From Tubulanus polymorphus (lineage: Eukaryota; Animalia; Nemertea), in NCBI RefSeq assembly GCF_964204645.1, contig NC_134029.1:4030001-4094000 (forward strand): a stretch of 64,000 bases of DNA, in the 5' to 3' direction. A model generated the notes under the pieces. The model was not told the origin of the DNA and made no database searches. It saw only the letters and a list, made by a program, of their open reading frames with translations. Positions 26,701 to 38,810 of this stretch are shown one piece after another. The position numbers and the translations under genes were made by a program. Every line of letters starts with the position of its first letter. The first letter of the stretch is position 1.

Positions 26701-29700
26701 TTCAAAGCCAACCACCTTCCTGATTCAGAGTTTATTTTCATGAGTTTGACTCTGCTGGGGTCACGATATTTGATTGTTTAGCTCAATAGCCCATGGTATT
26801 TTTACACACATTTGGTTTTTGGTGTTGATGTAAAGATGGCCACAATATTACGGAGAATATGATGGCCCTTCCTTGATGGATAGCGTCTCGCCGACGGCTA
26901 AGGAAGCTTATATTTCTACGTAGATTCTCAAGAAAAGTGCAAAAGCTTGCGTCCACCGCCGTTAAATGTCACGATGTAACCAGTGTTATTAATGTATCAT
27001 CCGCTCATTTGTAGCTAGTTAGCGTTTTCTGTTACAACAAGAGTATAAAGTGCAGCTTTACTTTATTACATAATTGTCTATGATAAACGACGTCAGGTTT
27101 TATCATTTATCTCCCGGTATAAATCATCTACACTAATCGAATCTCTTTGTCATCTATTTTCCCACTTTCCGCATTTATTTCGGCTATCATTCTTCTTCGT
27201 CGTCCGTTCCGCCATATCCATGGTCTCTGTTTTATGATGTACTTCCGGTGCGTTATGTCCACGCTATGATTTCTGTGAGCCGACATTAATGGCGGCCATT
27301 TAGCCGCGTCGGTCGGCTGTTCGCTTCGTGCCGGGTCGGATCATCGGCACCATCAGTTACCAGTAAATGTATTCGGTTTATGAGTTTGCATCGGTACAAA
27401 CATTAATTTAATCACAGTATAATGGTAGTGTTTAACTTGTCAGCTAATGATCCAAAGACAATTAACTTGCTTTAGCGCTGCTAATAGCTTTACTGTAAAC
27501 ACGATCCAAATTACAGGCAATAAAACTTGATGCAATTATAAGACAATGATCTTGATAACTTTTTTACAAATGACACCGGATCATGTCAGTCGAAATACGT
27601 ATTATGTAGTTAGCCATATAGTTGCTTTTAGTCAATCGTATTTGAACAGCATTCCTTTACGAACAAACCAACAGGTAAACCACAACGATAAACCTCTAAA
27701 CATTTTCCTTATGGTGCATTCTGGGAATTGATAAACGGACAAAGCTAATAAACGATGGGTACATCACCCTTGAAGAGGCAGATATGAAATAAATTATGTT
27801 GTATTGAATTTATATGTCAATATTTTCGACAGCTATTACGCCCGAGAGCGATGGCGGCGAGCCACTCTTGGTTAAGACTGTTCATTTAAAGTTGTCGCTA
27901 TCTATATAAAAGTTAATCTAGGCGATACTACGATTTATACGAGTTAGATTAATATAATTCATTTGTACCGCGAACGAGACAAGTGAGTCGACATTAACCG
28001 TAAATAGTTGAAACTACTGCGCACAATAGATGCGAATAATCGAGATTAATTTAATAAAATTTCACAAGCAGTGAAATAAGGGTCGATAAATTAATAGCAG
28101 CCGTTCGTTGAATTGATACGAGAAATTAAACTAATGCGACGCGTTTTCTGGCGAATAGAATCGCTGATAACATTCATTTCCATCGTGTTAACTAATATTA
28201 CCGCGTTCGCAGTTCGGCAGTGTTAACCAACGATTCGGTACTGAAAGGAATCGCTATATACCATTAGGAATGATTAGTTGGGTTATTGGTAACGTTTGAT
28301 AGTTTCTGTGATGCCGAATAAACGATATATTGACTGGGGAAGTCATCCTACTGTTGTTGCTGAATCTGCGTGGAATCAATGCTAATATTTACAGATGAAT
28401 CAACTTATTCTACGGCCGTAACTCTATCAATTTCCTGTCAATTATTCAATTTAGCAGCCACCATTATTGATCGTCGCCGAACAAAATGCACATATTGAAA
28501 AGCCGACTTCAATCAGCGCGTTAATGAATTCATTCGGCTCCAGCGCCGCGACCAGACCGCGGTAGAAATCTCAGCGTGAAACGTGAATCTCTATAGAAAA
28601 TGTCTCAACTGAACGGGAAAAATTTGCCGGCCCCGATACGCTCGATAACAATGCGAGCATTTAGCCCGTTTTGTTACAGCCGATGACAAACATTTTAACG
28701 CCCGGTACGCTTCGAGATCCCAACTTCCGGTGACGTCGGCTCCGATGAATGGTCCGAAACCGGAGCTCGCTATTCGGAATAATATTGGGTAAATTCACGC
28801 AGCGAAAGGACTTAAACGACTTCCTCTCAACATAAACACGCACTCGCATTTTACTTTATATCACAATTCAAAGCGAACAATCGGCTCCTAAATTGCGGGG
28901 CTATATTTCGGGTCGGATTGCGTGTCCAAAATGAATGAAACCGCAATTCTGCAATTGAATACGGATAAACCAAGGGTCGTGGGTCAAACTAGGCTCAGAA
29001 TCAATTAGATATTTTAAAGTGAATTTGTCATTAAATTCTGATTCAGCCTCAAACGCTGATCGAAGAACTGAATTCAGGCCTCACTGGTCAGCTGGCCTTC
29101 TTAATACAATATTGAATCACTGGATAATTCTATTTTTTTCAAAATTGTTTGAAAATATCAATGAACTATTTATTTACAATCGTAAGAAAACAATGAAATC
29201 AATTTCCTCCGTTTATAGATCTTGACCTAAAATTTGCGAATAACAACATTCTCTGAAATTTCTACACTCACTGGTGGAACGAATTTTGTGGGTACTACAT
29301 CACGTATACTTCATGTAGCCGAAAATGAAATTCATGAAATTCACCCACAAATGACTTAAAAGCTTTGTCGGTTACTCCTCTGATCGTTATTAGGTTATAA
29401 AAAGCAAAGTGAATTATGGATTTTGCTCGAAGGCATTGTCTTAAAGTAGAAACGTGATCGCGTACACGGATAAAGAATACAATTCTTTTTGTCTAAATAT
29501 AAAATCTATAATAAAAGAAACGCGCTTTATTTTTATTTCTCAGTTTCTTTGGCGTCACGTTTATTTATTGTTTTAGCCAGTATTGAGTGACGTAATTTTC
29601 AAAAATTGCGACGTTCTGTTTTGTTGCGTGGACGTTTCTCGAAGTAGACATCCGATACATCGACTTTCGCAAGGTTAAGTCACATGAGAGATACAGCTCT

Positions 29701-32700
29701 ACCTGAGGAAGACGGGTCCTGAAGTTTACGTTTACACGTGAGAAAAATTACATTTTTTTTCTGGATGGCTTATCTATAAAAACAGCATTTTTCTTCCATA
29801 CCTTATATGTGTGTAACATCCTAATGAAATAAATTTCAAACAATCAATACGATATATCTAATAACTGAATGATATATGAAAGTAATGACACATCATTTTG
29901 ATAACTACTTAATTGGGATCAATTTCAGTTTCTGCTTTTCGACTGATGCATCATTCCAGCCCATGAGATTATCTTTTTTTTATATTCATTCATCCAAGAA
30001 TTTCAGGCGCATATTACAACATTCTAGTGAAAACTAGGAGCCATGAACTGTATTACTCGCCATATAGTTATGGTCACAATGAAACGGAAGAACGCGGGTT
30101 TCAACCTCCGGCTCCACCGCGCTGACAGAAAACAGATTGCATTTGTCGGTAAATTAAGCAGATTCCAAAGTCAAGATTTTCTCACTGTAACCGTAGTGAA
30201 TGAAACCGAATCGTATTCGGCTGAAATTCTTGGCAATTTTACCGCGTACGTTCTCCAGGCAAGCGCCGACTTCCTGGCCGCGTCGAACGAAGCCCCACGC
30301 TGCGTGTTCGATGAAAATTTATTTCCGTGCCTTCTCCATCATTCGGTAATTGGCGACGACGTTCATTATTATCGATGATAGATGAGAAAACGGAGAAATG
30401 GAGGTGTTAAATTGTCGTCTAATAGACCCGCAGAAAAAGCTCCACATACGACGCAGAAATAGGAAATGAGAAAAAAATTATCGATACGAAACTTCACCGG
30501 TCAGTAGATATTAGACACCATATTGCATTGTGCTCGATAGCACCACGATATTTACTTTCAAGTTATTACAAATAAATCATGAAATCAATTTTGTAGGTTT
30601 GGCTATTTCTTTGACCTGTGTATGTTTGTGAATTTGTATTGTATCTGGGCAGAGAAATACTTCTATCCGATACAATGGCTGTTAAATGGCTTCTGGCTTC
30701 ATCTCAACGAACTTTCAACGAAATCATTTCAGTGTGGATTAACTAAGTTGAGTTGTAATGCAAACATCCGGTGTCCTTTTCGTCAATAAGGATGAATAAG
30801 GTTTGATTTGAATTGATGCATCGTCCACATCGACTGAAACGAACTTTCGTTTCGTGAAAAGGAGGCTGAATTTTTATATAGAATTAGCCGAAGTGTCGAA
30901 ACTCGCGCGATAAAACCGAAATAAAACGTACCATTTTTCACATCGGACATAGTGCGATTTTACGATTTAAAACGCATTCATGCCGTTATAAAAACGTTAT
31001 GATAATTGAATAATTCAACACTCCATTTTACTGCACGCCGTGATGGGAATTCTTTTCACGACTTGCCAATGTTGTTTTGTCACGAAACATCTGAAAATTT
31101 GCATTTCTCCGTCGTCAGTTGCAAATTTCATTTTGATGCATACCAATATCTACGTTCATATTTATGTGAGTTGAACCAAGGTCGGAGAGAAAGTGAGAGA
31201 TAGATTCCGAAAGTTTTGAATTATTGACTGGCCTGAGCTTCGTGGAGAGATAGAAAAGACGTAGCACAAACTGAATTAGATCAAATGAAAATCTAGAATT
31301 TCTCAGAATAACTAGTTATTCTGAATGTCTTTGTTGTGATTCGAATTTGTTGACCAATGATTTTTTACCTAAAAAACTAAGGTTACTGTTTGTAACTTCC
31401 TCTGATCGGACGTTTGAATTATTGAATATATTCAGACATTACCCGCGTATAGAAATACAACGTGTTTTATAGTTTAAAGCGTTTGTCATTCTTTGCTGTC
31501 TGTTATGATTCAGCAGCGACGGCAATATTTCGCCCGAAGGACAAACACTGAATTCAAACAATGAATGTTTATAATTGACAACTTTGACGTGCAGTTATGT
31601 GGTATACATCATACAACTGCATCATCTATCACTCTCTCCGATTTCCAAAAGCTATCTCTGGGCCTTCCATTCACCATTCCATTTTGAAAACTGATGTGAT
31701 CACGATATCAAACTCAATCAATTCTCATACATGGAACTTATCTTGCAACTGCTTTAATGCTTAAATCTTTTTTCAAATCATTTTAAACGCACTTCTTCAT
31801 TATACGAATTTCTACTCGCGCTAAGTTTGTTCTCAAACATCGTGTTTTGCTATTCACCTTTTATGAACAATTAATAAATAGTCTATTAATGCGGTCTATT
31901 GGCATCTGTTATGTTTCCTCTCAGTGTGAGCTCGTTATGACAATCTGGTGGATTCCCACTCAGTACTGGCGTGCCGCCGTGGTATCCAAAAGTTTATACC
32001 GATAGGGAGGAGTCTCGGTGTACTTGTCCCTGGGCAACACGTGGACTCTCTGTTGCGCTGATACACAGATCGCATCATTAGATATACGCCTTCCTTTATG
32101 CGCTACCAAAGCTCTACATTGTCTGATCTAGATTGCCTTACGGGTGCAATTGTCTAAATTGCTGTAAAACTAAAGATCATCGATCCAAAAGCGTTTATTC
32201 TTCGCATTACAGTAAACGCTATGTATCGATTCGTTCTATTCATGAAGTCACCATAAAAAAAGCTCGCTGGATATTGGGAAAAAAATGTTCTCTGTTCTTC
32301 CATTCTTCTATCGTCGTGTACAGATCCGCGAACACGAGGCAAAGTTTACATACAAGACCATTTGATTTGTGTACAAAAAACATGTTTGATACGCGAGAAA
32401 TATAATGAAATTTGCTCTATTCGCGTGGTATTTTAGGGAATGGTATCTTATCTCAAGGGATATTTTTTTTGATAATGCGGCATCTTCCATTCTCTGGCGA
32501 AGATGATCTAAAACCAAAATGAATTGTCAGAGAAAGAAAACGTTTTGAATTGTTCGGGTTGATCGGGGGATTTGATGTATGTGAAAATGTAGCGGGCGTT
32601 GAAATGTGCTTTTTCGATTCTTTTGTTACGGAGTTTAGAACAGATTACGCTCAAACTGAGCCTGGTTGACATGCGTAAACCTGGTGGATTTTTCTTCCAT

Positions 32701-34300
32701 GTCCGGCGAGTCACTGCATCATTTTCAGTTGACAGCTTCGTTTGGATGATGCGCTCTCTCGGGAACGTATTCAACACAAATCACCGGCCGTTGCTGCTGT
32801 TATTAATGCCGGATCTTTACTCGTCTGGTCCGCTGTACGCAGGCGACGCTGGGAAAAACAATGGTGCTAGTTCATAACGAACTCTACAGATTGACCGCGA
32901 TAGACAATAAACTGACCAATATCGATTGGATGTGGTTGACCGCAAGCTGTGCAAGTCCCGTCACCCGGTCACTTGACGATAGATCGACATATTTCCCAGA
33001 GATTACAATAGTTTCAATAAAATATTCACAACAAAAATATCAATATCTTCATTTTTGAGTAGATTGAATCTTCGTCTCTTCGTTTCCCTAAATCATCTAC
33101 AAAATGTATTTGCAAGAATATGTATAAATTCTCTGTAGTTCGCTAAGACTAGAAAGTTAAACCCAAATAGAAAAGCGAAAAATCTAATACATCGGACATT
33201 GTTTCAAAACTTCGAAATATCGAAAAAGTGGTCGATGTATTATTTCTTTCGGTTTTTGGTGTGAATTTGACGTATGATTTGACCCTAACAGGGTCTCTGA
33301 TCCACCACTCTCGAGCGTCATGTCGGCCCGGTAGAAATCATTTGAACTGTTCCCATTTTTCTGTCACTGCTATCTCATCAATCTTCACCTGTAATTAGGG
33401 CCTTCTCTTAGTTAGCCTTGTCACAAAACAATGCCATTATCATAATTCCTCATCTAGCTGATGCGAGTTGTTAATGTGTAAGGCATTACGGGCGCCATTA
33501 GCGGGTCAGCGGACGGGACGCAAAACATGACCACCATTAACAAGGTAATATACACTGTTTGGATTGATATAAATGAGATATCGGTGACCTTTATGTATAT
33601 CACCCATTCCTTACAGGACAATTAAGCCGTAAAAATAACATAATCAATTTCGTTCAAAGTCAGAATATTTATTAGAGGATACATGTTTTGTTTGTACAAT
33701 CACATGACAAAACTACAATATGGCGAAATAGGTTTTCGGTGCATTTATGGTTGAATCATAGTTCGATGGAATCTATGGTTTAATTTCTCCGAGACTGGTA
33801 TTTTCTGATGGATCTGAAAAAAACAAATGTTTGGAAAACAAAATTCAAAAGCAAGGGAAAAATAGTTCAATTTTCATAACAAATATTGTTTTCACACTGG
33901 TGACAACAACATGGTGAGTACACTGCAAAAATGGAAACTCAGGAACATCTCGTTAGCCCCTTATTCACACCTATAATGTCACCTCGCATCGTGACATCCG
34001 GCTTCTAATTAAAAGAGGAAACAACACGTCAACAATACGTAAGTGCATCGAGTAGGTGATTCCACGCTGACTCTGCGGTGATTCAACGATTCCGATCTTT
34101 CCAAATACTAGATTATATTCACTATCTGTTATACGTAACATCGCTTTTTAACCTAAGTACGTCTTTATACACGATTCTCATTTTTCCGGTACACATGTGC
34201 ATCGGGAATTGCTAAGTTTTGCAAGTAATCTGCGCATGTCTCACTGTCATTATTTCACTGTCAAAATATGAGACGTACATTTCAGAATGACGCAAACCGA

Positions 34301-34462
34301 GGGCTACACTAGTGGCTAATCAGCTGTGGGCTACACTAGTAGTTTATCAGCTGTGGGCTACACTAGTGGTTTATCAGCTGTGGGCTACACTAGTAGTTTA
34401 TCAGCTGTGGGCTACACTAGTTATCTATCAGCTGTGGGCTACATTAGTGGTTTATCAGCTGA
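34301..34462. repeat. 27-bp minisatellite, 6 copies plus a degenerate seventh
   Basis: Consensus GGGCTACACTAGTRGTTTATCAGCTGT; units start at 34301, 34328, 34355, 34382, 34409 and 34436. Confidence 0.95.
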
Positions 34463-35034
34463 GGGGGTACTCTAATTGGACCCCATTTTGAGTTGTATCA
34501 GTAAGAAACAAAGGAATTCAGTCCAGTTCAGACATTTTTCACGTATAGAGGAGATAGATAAAAGTGTGAAATATGGACGAGTTATACATTATGATTAAGT
34601 AGTGTTTCTTGGATCCTTTTACACGAAAAAGAACCGCGTTTGAGCCGTTTTAGTAGTAGTTCTCCTTGTTGACTTAACGATTTGATTTATTGCAATTTAC
34701 GTTCGTTTTTCCAATATCCGAGATGGTTACCCAAATCTGTTACCAATGGTAACGACGGCTGCGTTACCGTGTGTCAGGTAATGACGTGAATTAACGCTAA
34801 TTTTGGGAAAAATCAGGGAAACGCTGCTCATTTATAGTGATTTAGTCGCAGCTATAAAATAGTCAATGCCAGAATCGCTGCTCGAGGGCGACAAATGCAG
34901 TGATCCCGAAGAGCATAATACTGTGGTGGCTGACTACTCGGGCCACACAATTTCAAATTGATTAGAAAAAAAATAGTTTGAAAACAAATTTGTTTTAGCA
35001 TGCACTCGATGAAAAACCGATTTTAAGAAAAATC

Positions 35035-35190
35035 ATGTAAATTTGACCGACCATCAAACAATATCTGTATATCGATTTCTCGAGCTCAAAATCAACCTAT
35101 TTCGTTCCCGACATGTGTGATGAGTTTATGGAGCACATCGAATGAGTATTTAACATCAAAACAATTTACTCAATTAGATCAATAAGAGTT
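35035..35190 (+). repeat. Dispersed repeat family A, copy 3 (eroded)
   Basis: GACCGACCATCAAACAATATCTGTATATCGATTTC...TTTCGTTCCCGACATGTGTGATG aligns with the other copies. Confidence 0.55.
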
Positions 35191-36514
35191 CTAGAACAAA
35201 ATTGAGTGTAGCCGGAAGTATAGTTCGGATGCGTAGAAGTTATTTCGTAATAATTTTCTTATGATATCTACAGAACCCATAACGTAAAGCTCGCCGATAT
35301 TAGCCCCGATTGCATGCGTCAGGGCGATCTGGGAGATCAGATGGGTACCGTAAATGATAAGACTGGGCCTCAAATCAAGGCAGCAGCACAGGTCAGATTG
35401 ATGTTGCAGAGAAACTCCCTTTGTGCATTGTGTATTTCTCCGCAGCAGCGGCAAAGAGTGTTACAGACAACCATTAAGGGCCGTGTTTTATGTGACCAGG
35501 GCGCCGTGAGTAGAAACACTAATTACTGCGACAGACATTTATCAACAAGTAAACCCTGTTTTACCGCCTCGCTCAGATTGTGGCGCCTCTTCCATATACT
35601 TGTCATCGCACTTCGGAGGACGCTCAGCAAATCACGATATGATATATATTCGGCTGCTGTATCAAGTCTACGTTAGTTCTGTTAGTGCTTACTGAAAAAC
35701 AGGGAAAATTATTATTGGTCCCTGGACAGAAACGGGCTTTTTGTTCTGTTAAATTTTCAACTGAACTATACATCGCTCTGGATCGGAACATAATCAGAGA
35801 ACAGGAGTTTGCATTTAAACTAGAAAAGAGAACGTTTACCGGGAACATCCGCTCACCATTAGCGGCCTAGCTATGAATTTCCTACGTAAATTACAGGAAT
35901 GATTTATAGTCGTACTGTGCGTGATCTGAACGGCGTACGCCCAGACTACACCGGCCGTATAATTACCCTCTAATTACTCTGGTTAAAGAATACTATCACT
36001 TCCTTTATCTGTGATTAAAGTTTGGAAACAAAGAGTTACTCGTTTGACAAATACAGCGCCATCAATTAAGGCCCGTTCATTAATCTATCAACGTTCGCGA
36101 GATCGGTAAATAGATACACGGAAGGTGGCGATGCGCGATCGCGCGATTGTTTAAATACCGATTGATCGATCGTGTTGTTTCAGTGCGCGGCGATTCGCGT
36201 CAGATACTAAATCAAAAAACAACAAAAACCAAGCGTCGTCTCTTTCCGGGTGTAAATACAACGGCGACGACTGTTTAGATCGGGAGCAAACAATTTAATG
36301 TTCTCTAAATCTTCCGGGTATATAACGTTGTGCGAAAAAATGACGTCACGAAACAAACGTACGGAACTTTGAAAAAAACAACGTTGACCTTTTAAGGGTC
36401 ACCGAAACCTCAAATAAATCTCACAGCGATCTCTTTGATCGATACAGAAATGTGATAAAAAACTAAATTGACATTGTAAATTAACATAGAAAACAAAGGC
36501 CGACAGATTGTGCT

Positions 36515-36675
36515 AAGAACTTCGACACTTCAACCGACCATCAAACTATCAGTACTTCGATATCCGATTTCATAATCAAACTCCTTGTTTCGTTCCCGGC
36601 AGGTGAGATGGGTTTGTACGGGATACAAATCAAAACCAATAAAATCAATCAATCGAATAGATAAGAGGGGCAATA
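36515..36675 (+). repeat. Dispersed repeat family A, copy 4
   Basis: TATCAGTACTTCGATATCCGATTTCATAATCAAACTCCTTGTTTCGTTCCCGGCAGGTG closely matches 23641-23700. Confidence 0.75.
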
Positions 36676-38259
36676 AAGATCATTTAGAACTATTTAAAGA
36701 TGATAAGAACTTGAAAGAATTATTGTTGTTCCGTGTCAAATCTTGCAGTATACTCTGAAAATAGAAGAATTTTCGCTTTATTTGGCGATTGTGGCATTTA
36801 CTTTCGTCGAATGCGTCTACCTAGTCCACGTCCCGCCGAAGACGCGTCGTAACTTGTCAAATGTGACACGTCAATTTGTGCCGGTATCAGAGCGCGAATT
36901 AGCGACGGATCACATTTTAATTTGAGAAGATGAGATCGGCCGTCTGGCAGTCAAACCTAATGCCCGTGCGAGCTCGACAAATTCCATCCAACTGTACGAT
37001 AATTATTGTTGCCAGTTAAATGGTTTTTAATAGCTGTAAGAAGCTCGGCTGACTCAGGATTGTCGGATACGTAAAGCTTTCTTCTAGCTCTTTCATCAAT
37101 CCCCTGAAAGCTGCTGGATCTTGATGGTATTCGGTGGGATTTTTACGGATGCATTTGCGCGCTTGTATTTGTGGTTTCCGCGAGTAATATATCTTAACCG
37201 GTATGACAAGATGATTGCACATCGTCTCAGTCTTCGATATTGATACTATTTCTAAAGCAGATGATGGCATTGATGACATCAACCGCCACTGAATCATACA
37301 CGCCCTCGTTTATGTAATCCCATCGGCCTGGTCACGTTTTAAAGACCACGAAAAGTGACCTCAGGTATGTGAGGTAGTCACATGTCCATTCTTCGTGGTC
37401 AAACCAATCCTCACGATTTCGCCCTACTTTTACCAAGGTCGTTCACAATAAAGGTCGCGCACCAAGATACACGGGCACGAGTGCCTGACACATACATTTT
37501 ATCTGATATATCGCCGGGATACGTAATAAATTGCTTTTTAAAACACAGACGTGCTTCATTGAATTAGTACGTATACAAGTTATTACTTTTCGGTACGCTT
37601 TCCGATTGAAAGATGACGTAATAACCGAGTGTAGTTTTATCATCGGTGATGTTCATTTTGTTGAGCGCCGCGCGAATGTTATATGAATACATCGCATTTC
37701 CCGTATCGCTGAAGCGAGACCGGCGCGTTCTGTGATAAAATTAAAAGCCAATTTTATTCTTGATTACCTGGCTGCGAGAACGCGGCGCAATTTCTCTGCA
37801 AATCTCCGTAGATCCATAGATCATGTGGTAAATATCAACCCTTCGGTCGCTCTGGGACGATTAGTGGTTGTTATTTGATGTTTCGTCAGATGGTATGTTT
37901 GATAAATGTGCCCGCGCCAGGTAAATGACTTCATAAAGGTGAAATAACGAGTGAATTGCTGCCTGAGAAATGACAGAAACGCCGAGTGACAGCCAGCTAT
38001 TCAAGGCTGTAGAATCCATGAATAAATTCACGTTAAAAAAACCAACAACAGGACTAGGAGATGCAGACTGATCCTATACATCTATGAATTAGCGTCTAAT
38101 GAATTAACATCTATCAATTCCAAAAGTTTTATGAAAACATGTTACATATATAATCTTTCAACATTAATTAGGACATTCATTCGTAAATGAACGAGCAAAA
38201 GCTTCGTTATCCTTTTTAACAGCGCTTAATAGCTTCGGTGACACAAATAGTATCAAGTA

Positions 38260-38538
38260 TAAGCAGAAGTTGGTCCAAGGGGGGGTGGGGTGTTAAGGAG
38301 GTCTCGGTCCTACCGCTCCGTGTTCGAAATCTTTCTGATATTGACATCAATCATGTTAATGATGAAACTAAACCACATTCGAAATCTTTATCGATTGCTT
38401 TTTCGGCGTCTGCCAGAAATTACCGTATAGGAAATGCACAAATTCTTATGAATGTATTTTTCATTGAAATATGAAAAGAAAATTGTAAGGGGAACACCCC
38501 CCCCCCCCTCCCCGCTCAGATTTCTGGATCCGCCCCTG
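38260..38538. mobile_element. Degenerate non-autonomous DNA-transposon-like element ending CTGGATCCGCCCCTG
   Basis: G-rich left part (GGTCCAAGGGGGGGTGGGG) and C-rich right part before the terminus. The same terminus recurs at 12533-12547 and 38751-38762. Left boundary approximate. Confidence 0.4.
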
Positions 38539-38542
38539 ATAG

Positions 38543-38810
38543 TCATATTGACCCCCAGATCGTGTTCTATCTTCCTCTTAGGACAGCACCATTTAACCAC
38601 GCTATGTATCCTGCCTTTAGAGTAAAACAACATGAAATATATAGTTAGTACGAAAACATGATGCGCTGTCCAAATGAAAGAATTCCAGAATACTCCGTAA
38701 GATTTCTTCGCTCAAGTTTTTTTTTCAGAATGTGGCGAGAGAAAATACGAGGATCCGCCCTGCGTCAAAGTGAGGGTTTCTATTTATTAACACGATCCGG
38801 GTCAATATGA
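38543..38810. mobile_element. MITE-like element with 22-24 bp terminal inverted repeats
   Basis: Left TCATATTGACCCCCAGATCGTGTT; right AACACGATCCGGGTCAATATGA (reverse complement TCATATTGACCCGGATCGTGTT). No clear target-site duplication. Confidence 0.6.

Noticed and set aside
30043-30378. 111-aa ORF in the gap
   Set aside because: No motif recognised on either strand; CpG-rich non-coding DNA explains it.
32461-32530. Minus-strand FWF-stop followed by LRQRMED as HD helix 3 of an rx pseudogene
   Set aside because: The two pieces are in different frames, NRRAKW is absent, and spacing to the EKAHF segment fits neither a spliced nor an intron-containing gene.
34301-34462. Possible CRISPR array
   Set aside because: Units are contiguous with no unique spacers, no cas genes are present, and the DNA is animal.
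35314-35676. 120-aa ORF in the gap
   Set aside because: No family resemblance; overlaps other short ORFs on both strands, typical of noise.
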